Shown: positions 39,838 through 48,839 of the stretch, piece after piece
Layout of the letters: the number at the start of each line of letters is the position of its first letter
Numbering within the stretch: position 1 is the first letter of the stretch
Source: Candidatus Micrarchaeaceae archaeon
GTDB taxonomy: Archaea > Micrarchaeota > Micrarchaeia > Micrarchaeales > CABMGC01
Assembly (NCBI GenBank): GCA_038877255.1
Contig: JAVYWZ010000001.1
Location: forward strand, 1-64,000
DNA length: 64,000 nucleotides
Direction of reading: 5' to 3'
The notes under the pieces: model-generated
The model's input: only the letters and a program-made list of their open reading frames with translations
Databases searched by the model: none
Told to the model about the DNA's origin: nothing
Made by a program: the position numbers and the translations under genes

Positions 39838-40439
39838 TAGCTCGCCTCTCCTGCAACTGCGCTATCTTGCACTTCGCCTTGTTCATGCTGCTGTTGCTGC
39901 TGTGCCGCTGTCGTTTCTGGCGCTTCTGGCGCTTCTTGCGTATTTGTTCCTTTTACTCCTGCGTTGATATCTATCGGCTTGTAATAGCTTATTGCGCTCT
40001 CCTCGCTCGTCTTTACCAGGTAGCCAGGTACAGTGACCTTCCTGCCGTTTATAGATATGAAGCCATGGGTTATCAACTGTCTGGCCTGTCTGAGCGTGCG
40101 CGCCATGCCTTTCTTCACAATCACGCTCTGAAGCCTTCTTGAAAGAAGTGAATCGACGTTTATGCTTAAAAGTTCGTCTAAAGTTGCGCTGCTACTAACA
40201 ATGCCATAACTGGCAAGCCTTCTTATTATCTGCTTACCTGTTTCTTCGCTCTGCCTGCCTGCGAGTATCTCGCGAACATTCTTTCTTATGCGCCTTAACT
40301 CGCTCTCAGCAAGCCATTCCTCATGCATAGTCTTCAAGCCGTATTTCGCTTTTATATCGTGCTCTTGTGTTATTCTTGCATTGTTCCACATTATAGATGG
40401 CGCTTCGTATTTTTTCCTAAGCCGTCTAGGACTACCCAT
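39837..40439 (-). CDS. rps4: 30S ribosomal protein uS4
   Basis: [30 protein letters not shown]. Confidence 0.96.
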   Translation of the reverse strand: MGSPRRLRKKYEAPSIMWNNARITQEHDIKAKYGLKTMHEEWLAESELRRIRKNVREILAGRQSEETGKQIIRRLASYGIVSSSATLDELLSINVDSLLSRRLQSVIVKKGMARTLRQARQLITHGFISINGRKVTVPGYLVKTSEESAISYYKPIDINAGVKGTNTQEAPEAPETTAAQQQQQHEQGEVQDSAVAGEAS

Positions 40440-40443
40440 TTGA

Positions 40444-41046
40444 TCACTTTGCTTGCTGTTCTGAAGCGGCAGTTGCTTTCGAAGCAGGCGCAGCGGCCTT
40501 CTTCTCGGCCTGCGCCGCTGTCTTCAGCGCTTCCTGGATCTTCTTCTTTGTAACGCCGACGGTTTCACCAGTTCTTCCTGTTGAGCGCGTGCGCTGTCCA
40601 CGGACCTTCTGCCCGAATTGGTGCCTGTAACCGCGCCAGGTCATTGCCTTTATTTCTCTATCGATATCTTGTTTAATCCTTATTATCAGATCAGTTCCTA
40701 TAAAATTCAGATCTTTGCCAGTATCAGGATCTTTCCTGTGATTGACCATAAAACCAGGTATGCCAAAGCTTACAGGGTCCTTAAGAAGCTCCTCTAGCTT
40801 GTGTAACTGCTCTTCGCTTAGGCTGCCTATGCTCACGTGCCTGTCTATGCTTAATTTTTCATTTGCCACTTTTGCAATTGCATTTGACAGGTTGTAGCCC
40901 ATGCCTTTAATTGCGTCGATCGCACGAGGAATGTTATAGCTTGCGTCTATGTCTTTGCCTGCGATTCTCACTATATTTATCGCTTGCGCTCCCTGTTGTT
41001 TCTGCGGCTTCTGCCTTTGCTCACGTTCTGACTTTTCGTCTACCAT
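40444..41046 (-). CDS. rps13: 30S ribosomal protein uS13
   Basis: IVRIAGKDI, IKGMG, WRGYRH..GQKVRGQRTRSTGR. Confidence 0.96.
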   Translation of the reverse strand: MVDEKSEREQRQKPQKQQGAQAINIVRIAGKDIDASYNIPRAIDAIKGMGYNLSNAIAKVANEKLSIDRHVSIGSLSEEQLHKLEELLKDPVSFGIPGFMVNHRKDPDTGKDLNFIGTDLIIRIKQDIDREIKAMTWRGYRHQFGQKVRGQRTRSTGRTGETVGVTKKKIQEALKTAAQAEKKAAAPASKATAASEQQAK

Positions 41047-41154
41047 TAAAACACTGAAATAGAATTCATAAAGTATTTAAGCAGTTTATATTTATATGAC
41101 ACTGGTTTTTATACCTTTTCTAGGAACTTGCCCGCACCTCGTTATTGAGTCGAC

Positions 41155-41184
41155 CGTGTTGGCTTCCTTGCTGAGAATGGGTGA
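41155..41184 (-). mobile_element. Degenerate IS200/IS605-type left-end remnant
   Basis: gtgttggcttccttgctgagaatgggtga matches 61853-61881 (24 of 29 nt) with the same spacing to the terminal GTGA. Confidence 0.5.
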
Positions 41185-41280
41185 TGTTGATAATGTTGAG
41201 GTTCAAGCTCAGAAATCGCGCTAACGGCACATATATTTCTTATAAAGATACAGCATTCCTCTATATGACATAGATAAGCA

Positions 41281-41355
41281 TGGGCCCGGAGCGATTCGGA
41301 CGCTCGACCTACGGCTTATAAGACCGCCGCTCTAACCATACTGAGCTACGAGCCC
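41281..41355 (-). tRNA. tRNA-Ile(UAU)
   Basis: Acceptor GGGCTCG/CGGGCCC, A73; anticodon arm GCGGT-CTTATAA-GCCGT; T-arm GAGCG-TCCGAAT-CGCTC. Confidence 0.93.
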
Positions 41356-41402
41356 AAACAAAGCATTATTATTTGAAAAGTATATATATAAATTTGATTT
41401 GC

Positions 41403-42704
41403 ATGGATTTAGGCGAAGGATTAAGGCACGCAATTGCGAAGATAACCGGAGCTACGCTCATCGATGCAAAGACAATGAAAGAATTTAGCAAGGAGCTACA
41501 GAAAACGCTAATAAGTGCGGATGTAGACTTGGATCTTGTTCTTGAGCTTACAAAGAAGCTTGAAGACGCAGCGCTTAAGGAACGTTTGCCAAGCGGTGTG
41601 AGTGCAAAGGAATATGTAATAGACATGCTCTACAAAGAGCTCGTCAACATGCTTGGCGGCTCTGCGTATGCGCCTGAGCTTGCACCAAAGAAAATACTGC
41701 TTGTCGGTTTATATGGTTCAGGCAAAACTACAACAGCCGCAAAGCTCGCAAAGTATTACCAAGACCGCGGGCTCGGGAGCGCGCTCATAGCATGCGATGT
41801 CTCAAGACCTGCTGCTTACGAACAGCTTGAAACGCTTGCAAAGCAAGCAGGCGTTGGCTTTTTTGGAATAAGAGACGAAACCAATGTCAAAAAGATACTC
41901 AATAGCGCTGCAAAGGAGCTTAAGGGCAAGAAAGTAATTATCTGCGACACAAGTGGCAGAAATGCTCTTGACAGCAAATTGCTAGACGAACTAAAAGCGA
42001 TAAATGCAGAGTTCAAGCCTGACGAGCGCTTGCTGGTTATAAACGCGGACACGGGCCAAATAGCTGGCAAGCAGGCAAGCGAATTTGATAAAGCAATAAG
42101 ATTAACAGGTGTGATTGTCACAAAACTAGACGGCTCAGGAAAGGGTGGAGGTGCGTTGAGCGCTGTGCATGCATCTAATGCGCGAATAACATTCATAGGA
42201 ACAGGGGAGAAGCTGGATGCACTTGAGCCATATAGCGCGGAGAAATTCGTCGGCAGGCTTCTTGGCATCCCTGATATTTCATCGCTAGTTGAAAAGGTAA
42301 ACAATGCGATAAAGGAAGCCAACATAAAGCCCGAAGAGGTTGACACCGAAGAGCTTAACTTCAACACGTTTTATGTACAACTAAAGACAATGGGCAAGAT
42401 GGGCCCGCTTAAAAGCATAGCAAGCAGCCTGGGCCTTGTCGACGTTCCGAAAGACGTTATGGACCAGAGCGAAGAGAAGTTAAAGAAGTACAAAGCCATC
42501 ATAGATTCGATGACGCCTGAAGAGCGCGACGATGAAAAGCTAATTGGCAATGCAAGCAGAATAAAACGCATAGCAAAGGGCAGCGGGGTAACAGAACAAG
42601 ACGTTCGCAGGCTTCTCAGTGATTTCAACAAGATGAAAAAGCTATTCAATACTTTCAAGAAAGATAGGACAGTGCGCAAGAAGTTTTCCGGAATGCTTTC
42701 GTGA
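41403..42704 (+). CDS. srp54: Signal recognition particle protein SRP54
   Basis: LISADV, GLYGSGKTTT, DTSGR, TKLDGSGKGGGALS, M-domain IIDSMTPEER..SRIKRIAKGSG. Confidence 0.97.
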   Translation: MDLGEGLRHAIAKITGATLIDAKTMKEFSKELQKTLISADVDLDLVLELTKKLEDAALKERLPSGVSAKEYVIDMLYKELVNMLGGSAYAPELAPKKILLVGLYGSGKTTTAAKLAKYYQDRGLGSALIACDVSRPAAYEQLETLAKQAGVGFFGIRDETNVKKILNSAAKELKGKKVIICDTSGRNALDSKLLDELKAINAEFKPDERLLVINADTGQIAGKQASEFDKAIRLTGVIVTKLDGSGKGGGALSAVHASNARITFIGTGEKLDALEPYSAEKFVGRLLGIPDISSLVEKVNNAIKEANIKPEEVDTEELNFNTFYVQLKTMGKMGPLKSIASSLGLVDVPKDVMDQSEEKLKKYKAIIDSMTPEERDDEKLIGNASRIKRIAKGSGVTEQDVRRLLSDFNKMKKLFNTFKKDRTVRKKFSGMLS

Positions 42705-42862
42705 TTTTGTGAGGTACACAATAAAAAACAAAGCAAATATTAATATTAATATTAAAATTAAAAGCGACCAAATCAATCAGCATAAGCTTGTAGTTAAATC
42801 ACGTCAAAATATCAATCACTATTAAATAATTATTCGTGCATTTGTAAAACCATAGTGAGAAA

Positions 42863-42901
42863 ATGGCAAAGAAGAAGGGAGCGAAGAAGAAGAAGAAATA
42901 G
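42863..42901 (+). CDS. Putative 12-aa Lys-rich micropeptide MAKKKGAKKKKK
   Basis: ATG...TAG frame preceded by AGTGAG and an AT-rich upstream region, followed by long T-tracts. Confidence 0.4.
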   Translation: MAKKKGAKKKKK

Positions 42902-43004
42902 ATAAAAGAATTTTTGGATTGTTTTGTTTCTTTTTTCTTCGCTTCCTGTCCTGTTTCTTTTTATTATCGCTGTGTGCTTAGCTTTTTAGCATATACTTTT
43001 TACG

Positions 43005-43089
43005 TGGACTCCGCGGGATTTTCATTTGCATTTTGAACCCGCAACCTCCTGCATGCCATGCAGGCGCGCTACCGTTGCGCTAGGAGCCC
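43005..43089 (-). tRNA. tRNA-Ala(GGC) with a 13-nt intron in the T-loop (43019-43031, position 59/60)
   Basis: Acceptor GGGCTCC/GGAGTCC with G3-U70. Anticodon arm CCTGC-ATGGCAT-GCAGG. T-loop expanded to 20 nt (TTCAAAATGCAAATGAAAAT), forming TTCA/TGAA with 3-nt bulges. Confidence 0.92.
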
Positions 43090-43110
43090 ACTCTCAAGAA
43101 TATTGTTTAA

Positions 43111-43338
43111 TCATGAAGACGGGGCAAGGAAAAAGATGTTGCCGCCCCTCAGCAGTATGGTGCCGAGCTTTGCCTTAGCTGTGCCGTTAGCATCTAGCTC
43201 TTCAGAGTTCTCTATCACCATGTTCATATGCATGTCAAAAGAGACAAGCTTGCCCCTTATGCTCACGCCATTCTTCAGCCTGACAAGTATACTTTGACCG
43301 ACAGACTTATTCAATAAATCAAAAGGTCTTTCTTGCAT
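43111..43338 (-). CDS. Sm-like (Lsm/SmAP) RNA-binding protein
   Basis: RPFDLL, VRLKNG..IRGKLVSFDMHMNMV, LLRGGNI. Confidence 0.94.
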   Translation of the reverse strand: MQERPFDLLNKSVGQSILVRLKNGVSIRGKLVSFDMHMNMVIENSEELDANGTAKAKLGTILLRGGNIFFLAPSS

Positions 43339-43407
43339 CAAACCACTGCAAACAGCAGAATATACGCAAAACATTTAAAAAAGGTTACTACCGCCGCACA
43401 GCGTTGC

Positions 43408-44460
43408 TTATTTCTCTTTTGCACTCTTTTCACTCTTGCGAGCCTTTAGTACTAATTTTACCATACCTGTGCCTACTGGCACTTGCTTGCCAAGCAGTAT
43501 GTTTTCTGAAACGTCGTGCATGTTGTCCTGTTTGCCGAATGCAGCGGCATTTACAAGGTGCTTTACGGTTTCTTCGAATGCTGCCTTCGCGAATACTGAT
43601 TCTTTTGCGCCGATTATGCCGTGCCTGCCTATGCTCTTTATTTCACCTGTCACTGTCATAGCATCTGCTATAAGCTCCAAATGCCTATTGTCAACTGAAA
43701 GGCCCTGCTCGCGCATCAACTTCTCTAGTTCGATTACTATCGCATTTCTTGCTGCTTCAATTCCGAAAACCCTATAAATTTCAAAAATGTCGTTTGTATA
43801 AATTTTTTCTGGAACAACGCCTTCTAGTTTCATTATATCCTCTATATTGTTGCCTGTGGTAGTTATGTAAAACTTGTTCTCTTTGTCCTGAAGTGCAATG
43901 GCCTTGCCTGCGCCTTCTATACCTCTAAGCAAAGAGTGCATCAGTTTTGTACTTGCATACCTTATCTCACTGAGCTTCTTTGCATGTATTGTTATTTCTA
44001 GATTGTTATTCTTTGTTGGCTTTGCTCCGTAGCCGTACTTCTGCTTTATTATAGAAGCGATCTGTGATGCAGTCAAGTCGTATTCTTTCAGAGCCTGTTT
44101 GTTTAGCACAAAAAGCACTTTCCCTTTCGAAAAGTTTTCTACAGCTCTGTTTGCAACATCGCTCATCCTTATTTCTGTAATTTCGTTTGATACCTTCATC
44201 GCTTTCTCAAAGTTTTTTGCATAATCGTCACGCAGATAAACAGTAATCTGCGGGGTGGTGGGTATGTGCCTTGCATCAAGCAATTCTATGAGCCTTGGCA
44301 GGCCAGTAGTAGTTATGGCTGCTGCCATTCCTGCAAAGTGGAATGTTCTGAGTATCATTTGGGTTCCTGGCTCTCCCACTGATTCTGCTGCGACCATGCC
44401 GACCGGCTCACCAGGGTTTACATGCAGCTCTTTAGCTTCTTTGTTGTTTTCGTCTTTCAT
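43408..44460 (-). CDS. rpoA2: RNA polymerase subunit A'' (Rpo1C)
   Basis: PGEPVGMVAAESVGEPGTQMILRTFHFAG, GIEAARN, RHLELIADAMT, AAFEET. Confidence 0.97.
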   Translation of the reverse strand: MKDENNKEAKELHVNPGEPVGMVAAESVGEPGTQMILRTFHFAGMAAAITTTGLPRLIELLDARHIPTTPQITVYLRDDYAKNFEKAMKVSNEITEIRMSDVANRAVENFSKGKVLFVLNKQALKEYDLTASQIASIIKQKYGYGAKPTKNNNLEITIHAKKLSEIRYASTKLMHSLLRGIEGAGKAIALQDKENKFYITTTGNNIEDIMKLEGVVPEKIYTNDIFEIYRVFGIEAARNAIVIELEKLMREQGLSVDNRHLELIADAMTVTGEIKSIGRHGIIGAKESVFAKAAFEETVKHLVNAAAFGKQDNMHDVSENILLGKQVPVGTGMVKLVLKARKSEKSAKEK

Positions 44461-44469
44461 CCAAAAACC

Positions 44470-46989
44470 TCACTGTTCCACAAATAAGACCTTAGTAGGG
44501 TCTATGCCATCTCCGCCATAAATCGTTTCGACAATGTTGTTACTCGGATCCCTTACGCTCAGGTCATAATAAACATAGTAGTCTTGCATTGCGTTTGAAA
44601 GCCTACGATAAAGATAGCCGCTCCTTCCAGTAAGCAGACCTTTGTGTATCAATGTTGCTCTTGCTCCGTTTGCATGCATGAGAAGCTGTGACGGAGTAAT
44701 GCCATGCAGGAAATTGCTCGCTATGAAGCCGTGGTCGTCTGGTGCTAGTGATCCTTCTTGCATGATTGGCAGAAGCCTTCTTGTCATGTAGCCGCGGTAG
44801 ATTCTGCCTCCTGAGATTGGCGCCTGCTGGCCCATGAACATGCTTATCCACGCTATATTGATTGTGCTTCCTCTTGCTCCTGAGTTTGCAAGAACCATGG
44901 CAAAGTTGTCGCTTGGCACGCGCTTGCTAATAATCTCGTCTGCCGCGCTCCTCGCAAGATTTAGCTCGACCATTATGAGCTGTTCGAGCGACTCCCTTGG
45001 CGTCAGGCCGAGCAGAGGCTCGAGCTTGCCAGACTTGTACTGCTCTATCAGTTTGTTTACAGAATCATACATCTTGCTTAATATTTTCTGCCCTTCCTCC
45101 TCTATGCTTTTATCCAATACATATTCGCGTATGCCTATCGTAACGCCAGCAAGTGTTGCAAAGGCGTAGCCCATGCGCGCTGAGTTTGTTATGAATTTCT
45201 TAAGCACGGTTTCGTCGTATCGCTTGCCAATGGCAACAAGCAGGTTACTGCCCTCGCCGAGTGTTGATTTTGTAATCACGCCAGTTTCAAGTATGCCTTT
45301 TGAGATTTTGAAGATACTGCTGCCCTTTTTCTCTGAGTAATCAAAATCTTTTGGCAGAAGCATTGAAAATATACTTTTGCCGCTGTAAAGCCCTTTCTTT
45401 GCTTCCTTTGGTAACTCCGTTATTCCAACAAGGCTCAGCAGATGAGAAGCTTCAGTAATGTCTAAATAGGTATTGTCATTAGTAAGAAGGTAAAGGCCGA
45501 CAATCGCATCTTGCTCGCCTGTGATTATTGCCCTGCCGTCTCTTGGCGAGAACACTTGCTTTTGCACCGCGAGCAGATGCTTCGCCTCTGCTTGGGCTTC
45601 TAGCGACTGCGGCACGTGCAAATTCATCTCATCGCCATCATAGTCTGCATTGTAAGGCGCTGCCGCACAGTCGTTAAGCCTAAAGGTCTTGCCTGAAACG
45701 ACTTTTACCCTGTGCGCCATTATGCTCATTCTGTGCAGCGATGGCTGCCTATTGAAAAGTACAAAATCGCCGTCTTGCAACTGCCTTTCTATTATCTGGC
45801 CGGGCATTAGCGCCTTTAGCAGGTCTTCACGGTTCGCATCGAGCACGCGTTTACGTTTGCCATCAGGAAGTATTACATTGATAGCCATAGGATACTCTGT
45901 CTTTTTAAGAAGCTCCTTTGCTTTGTCGAGGTTCCATTCGGTTACGTAGAAAGGCATTGTAAGCTCTTCTGCTATTGCCTGAGGCACGCCGAGCTGGTCT
46001 ATGTCTATGAAGCCATCGGGGCTTATCACTGTTCTTGCAGAGAAGTTAACACGCTTACCGCTGAGATTGTATCTGAATCTGCCTTCCTTGCCTTTTAGCC
46101 TTTGCGCAAGCGTCTTCAGCGCGCGCCCGCTTCTGTGCCTTGCCGGAGGTATGCCGCTAGTTTCGTTGTTGAAATAAGTGGTAACATGATACTGAAGCAG
46201 CTCCCATAAGTCATCTATTATTATTTGTGGTGCGCCTGCATTTATGTTCTGCTCAAGCCTCTGGTTTATGCGTATAATATCGACAAGCTTGTGTGTAAGG
46301 TCGTCTTCGCTGCGCTCTCCGGATTCTAATGTTATTGAAGGCCTCACGTTAACAGGTGGCACAAGCAACGCCTCGAGAATCAGCCATTCTGGCCTGGAAA
46401 CAGAGCTGTCTATTCCGAGAAGCTTCAGATCTTCATTGGGTATTTTTGCAAGCATATCGCGCATTTCGTCAGGCTTAAGCCTTCGATCGCCGATATTGAA
46501 ATAGGTAGGCACCGAGAACGAGAGCTTCTTCTGCTCTGCGCCGCAGTGAGGGCACTTCCTTATGTTCTTTAGCCCTTTTATTGCGTTGTCGAAACTTACA
46601 GTTTCTTCGTCGCTCTCTTTGTTTAGCTCGCGCGATATTACAACCTTAAACTGCTCTATCTGCTCATCGTCAAGAAGTATGCGATGGCACTTCTGGCATG
46701 TCGACCTGAGAAGCATATATATTATCTTTGCGAATTCAGCGTGTATAACAGGCCTTACAAGATCTATGTGACCAAAGTGGCCTGGGCATTCCTTAGCACG
46801 GCCTCCGCAGGTCTTGCAGACCAGGCCTGGTTCTATGACGCCGAGCCTTTGATCAAGCAGGCCGTTATCTATGGGATAGCCATCTTCGTTGTATGTATCA
46901 GGCACTGTAAGCTTCGCAACGCTCATTTTCCTTATCTGCTCTGGTGAAAAAACGCCGAACTTTATTGCTTTTACTGCTTCGGGTTTCAT
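44470..46989 (-). CDS. rpoA1: RNA polymerase subunit A' (Rpo1N)
   Basis: CPGHFGH, GKEGRFRYNLSGKRVNFSAR, NRQPSLH, catalytic YNADYDGDEMN. Confidence 0.98.
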   Translation of the reverse strand: MKPEAVKAIKFGVFSPEQIRKMSVAKLTVPDTYNEDGYPIDNGLLDQRLGVIEPGLVCKTCGGRAKECPGHFGHIDLVRPVIHAEFAKIIYMLLRSTCQKCHRILLDDEQIEQFKVVISRELNKESDEETVSFDNAIKGLKNIRKCPHCGAEQKKLSFSVPTYFNIGDRRLKPDEMRDMLAKIPNEDLKLLGIDSSVSRPEWLILEALLVPPVNVRPSITLESGERSEDDLTHKLVDIIRINQRLEQNINAGAPQIIIDDLWELLQYHVTTYFNNETSGIPPARHRSGRALKTLAQRLKGKEGRFRYNLSGKRVNFSARTVISPDGFIDIDQLGVPQAIAEELTMPFYVTEWNLDKAKELLKKTEYPMAINVILPDGKRKRVLDANREDLLKALMPGQIIERQLQDGDFVLFNRQPSLHRMSIMAHRVKVVSGKTFRLNDCAAAPYNADYDGDEMNLHVPQSLEAQAEAKHLLAVQKQVFSPRDGRAIITGEQDAIVGLYLLTNDNTYLDITEASHLLSLVGITELPKEAKKGLYSGKSIFSMLLPKDFDYSEKKGSSIFKISKGILETGVITKSTLGEGSNLLVAIGKRYDETVLKKFITNSARMGYAFATLAGVTIGIREYVLDKSIEEEGQKILSKMYDSVNKLIEQYKSGKLEPLLGLTPRESLEQLIMVELNLARSAADEIISKRVPSDNFAMVLANSGARGSTINIAWISMFMGQQAPISGGRIYRGYMTRRLLPIMQEGSLAPDDHGFIASNFLHGITPSQLLMHANGARATLIHKGLLTGRSGYLYRRLSNAMQDYYVYYDLSVRDPSNNIVETIYGGDGIDPTKVLFVEQ

Positions 46990-48828
46990 CTAAACACCTT
47001 CGCCAAGCTTTATGCTTGGGTTTATGTGCATTGCCTTAAGCTCATCGAGCAGGAGCTTGAAGGCATAGCTTATCTCGACCTTGCTGAGATTATTGCTTCC
47101 GCAGACAGGGCATATCGGCATGCGTTTTGCATAGTCGTAATAGCCTACTGAACCGCACTCGTTGCAAATCCATATCTCAGCCTTGTCGCTCTGGTCCAAA
47201 AGCCTATCCTTCAACAACAGGCTCGCGCCGTGGCCTACGAGAACATCCTTTTCCATCTCTCCAAATCTGAGACCGCCATGCCTTGCCTTGCCTTCAGTAG
47301 GCTGGTGCGTAAGTATCTGTACAGTGCCTCTGCTTCTCACCTGCAGTTTGTTTGCGACCATATGGTAAAGTCTGTTGTAATAAACAACGCCTGTGAAGAT
47401 AGAAGCTCTGAACGGCTCTCCTGTTATGCCGTTGTACAGCGTTTCATTGCCGTAGTGATCAAAGCCGTGGGCTTCAAGCACCTTGGCACTCTCCTCGATC
47501 ACCTGCTGGCCATCTTTGCTGAACGCTGTGCCGTCCGCAAGCTTGCCGGTTATTGAGCTTGCCTTTCCAGTAATCATCTCAAGCAAGTGACCAAAGGTCA
47601 TTCTCTGCGGTATGCCGCTTGGATTAAGCAACAAATCAGGCACAATGCCACTGCTGCTGAATGGCATGTCTTCCTGAGGCACTATGCTCCCTATGACGCC
47701 TTTTTGCCCGTGCCTGCTGCCAAACTTGTCTCCAACTTCAGGTATGCGCAGGCTTCTTATGCGCACCTTAACGAGCCTAGTGGCGCCGAGCGTCTCTGCA
47801 AGGACAACGCTGTCTACTGAACCGTCCTCCCCACGCTTCAACACAGTTGAGCTGTCTCTTGTCTTCTCCTCAAGGCTGCCAACGCCTATACTCTCCTCAA
47901 GGAACCTAGGTGGCGAAACTTTGCCTATAAGCACATCACCTTCGCTAACGTCTATGCCTGACTCTATCAGGCCATCTTCGCCTAGCTTAGCATACGCATG
48001 CTCGCCAAGATAATCCTCGGTTGTTGCGGGAGGTATTTTAAATGAGTCGCGCTGGCCGCCAGGATATCTCCTTTCTTCATCGCTATATGTTTTGTAAAAG
48101 ACGCTGCGGCCAAGCCCTCTGTCGATTGCGGCCTTGTTTATCACTACCGCATCTGCTATGTTATAACCATAATACGTTGCCACTGCAACAACGAAATTCT
48201 GACCGCTTGCGCGCTTCTCTAGGTGCAGATCGTCATAGACTTTTGTAGAAACTATTGGCCTCTGCGGGTAGAAAAGCAGGTACGCTCTTGAGTCGAAGCG
48301 AAGGTTGAAATTTGAGGCAAATAGGCCCTGGGCCTGCTTTATGTAGCTTGCAAACATCAGGTGCCTTGCAACGTTGTTGTGCTCGGGGTAAGGAGCAGTG
48401 CTTACAGTAAGTCCAAAGATAGAAACAGGGGTAAGCTCAAGGTGCGTCGTTTTATCGTTTATTTCTTTCTCGTTAGTTGCTACGAAGGCATTTTCCTCCT
48501 CTTCAGCGTCGAGATATTCTATTATGCCATTCCTAACAAGGTAGTTGAAGTCTATCTCTTTCCTTTCAATCTTTTCTGCAAGCTCGTCTGTGAATTTTGA
48601 CTTGCCTGATTCAACTATTATGTATGGCTTCCTTATTCTGCCTTTGTCTGTGTTTATATGTACTTCGTTTATACTTTTGAGATACGCTATGTTAAGCTCG
48701 CCAGAGACACGGCCCTGTCTTCTTGCAATTCTTACCGAATTTGCGAATGCAACCGGGTCTTTGACTGTGCCTATAGAAACGCCGTTGAGGTATACGTAGC
48801 ATTTTTCTGGTTTTGGTTCGTCTTTCAT
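46990..48828 (-). CDS. rpoB1: RNA polymerase subunit B' (Rpo2C)
   Basis: GDKFGSRHGQKG, PDLLLNP, GGLRFGEME, C-terminal Zn finger. Confidence 0.97.
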   Translation of the reverse strand: MKDEPKPEKCYVYLNGVSIGTVKDPVAFANSVRIARRQGRVSGELNIAYLKSINEVHINTDKGRIRKPYIIVESGKSKFTDELAEKIERKEIDFNYLVRNGIIEYLDAEEEENAFVATNEKEINDKTTHLELTPVSIFGLTVSTAPYPEHNNVARHLMFASYIKQAQGLFASNFNLRFDSRAYLLFYPQRPIVSTKVYDDLHLEKRASGQNFVVAVATYYGYNIADAVVINKAAIDRGLGRSVFYKTYSDEERRYPGGQRDSFKIPPATTEDYLGEHAYAKLGEDGLIESGIDVSEGDVLIGKVSPPRFLEESIGVGSLEEKTRDSSTVLKRGEDGSVDSVVLAETLGATRLVKVRIRSLRIPEVGDKFGSRHGQKGVIGSIVPQEDMPFSSSGIVPDLLLNPSGIPQRMTFGHLLEMITGKASSITGKLADGTAFSKDGQQVIEESAKVLEAHGFDHYGNETLYNGITGEPFRASIFTGVVYYNRLYHMVANKLQVRSRGTVQILTHQPTEGKARHGGLRFGEMEKDVLVGHGASLLLKDRLLDQSDKAEIWICNECGSVGYYDYAKRMPICPVCGSNNLSKVEISYAFKLLLDELKAMHINPSIKLGEGV

Positions 48829-48839
48829 TCAAACGCCTG

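Noticed and set aside
41100..41260. Possible 5S rRNA, SRP RNA or RNase P RNA near srp54
   Set aside because: No diagnostic motifs found; the only recognisable signal is the IS-end-like match.
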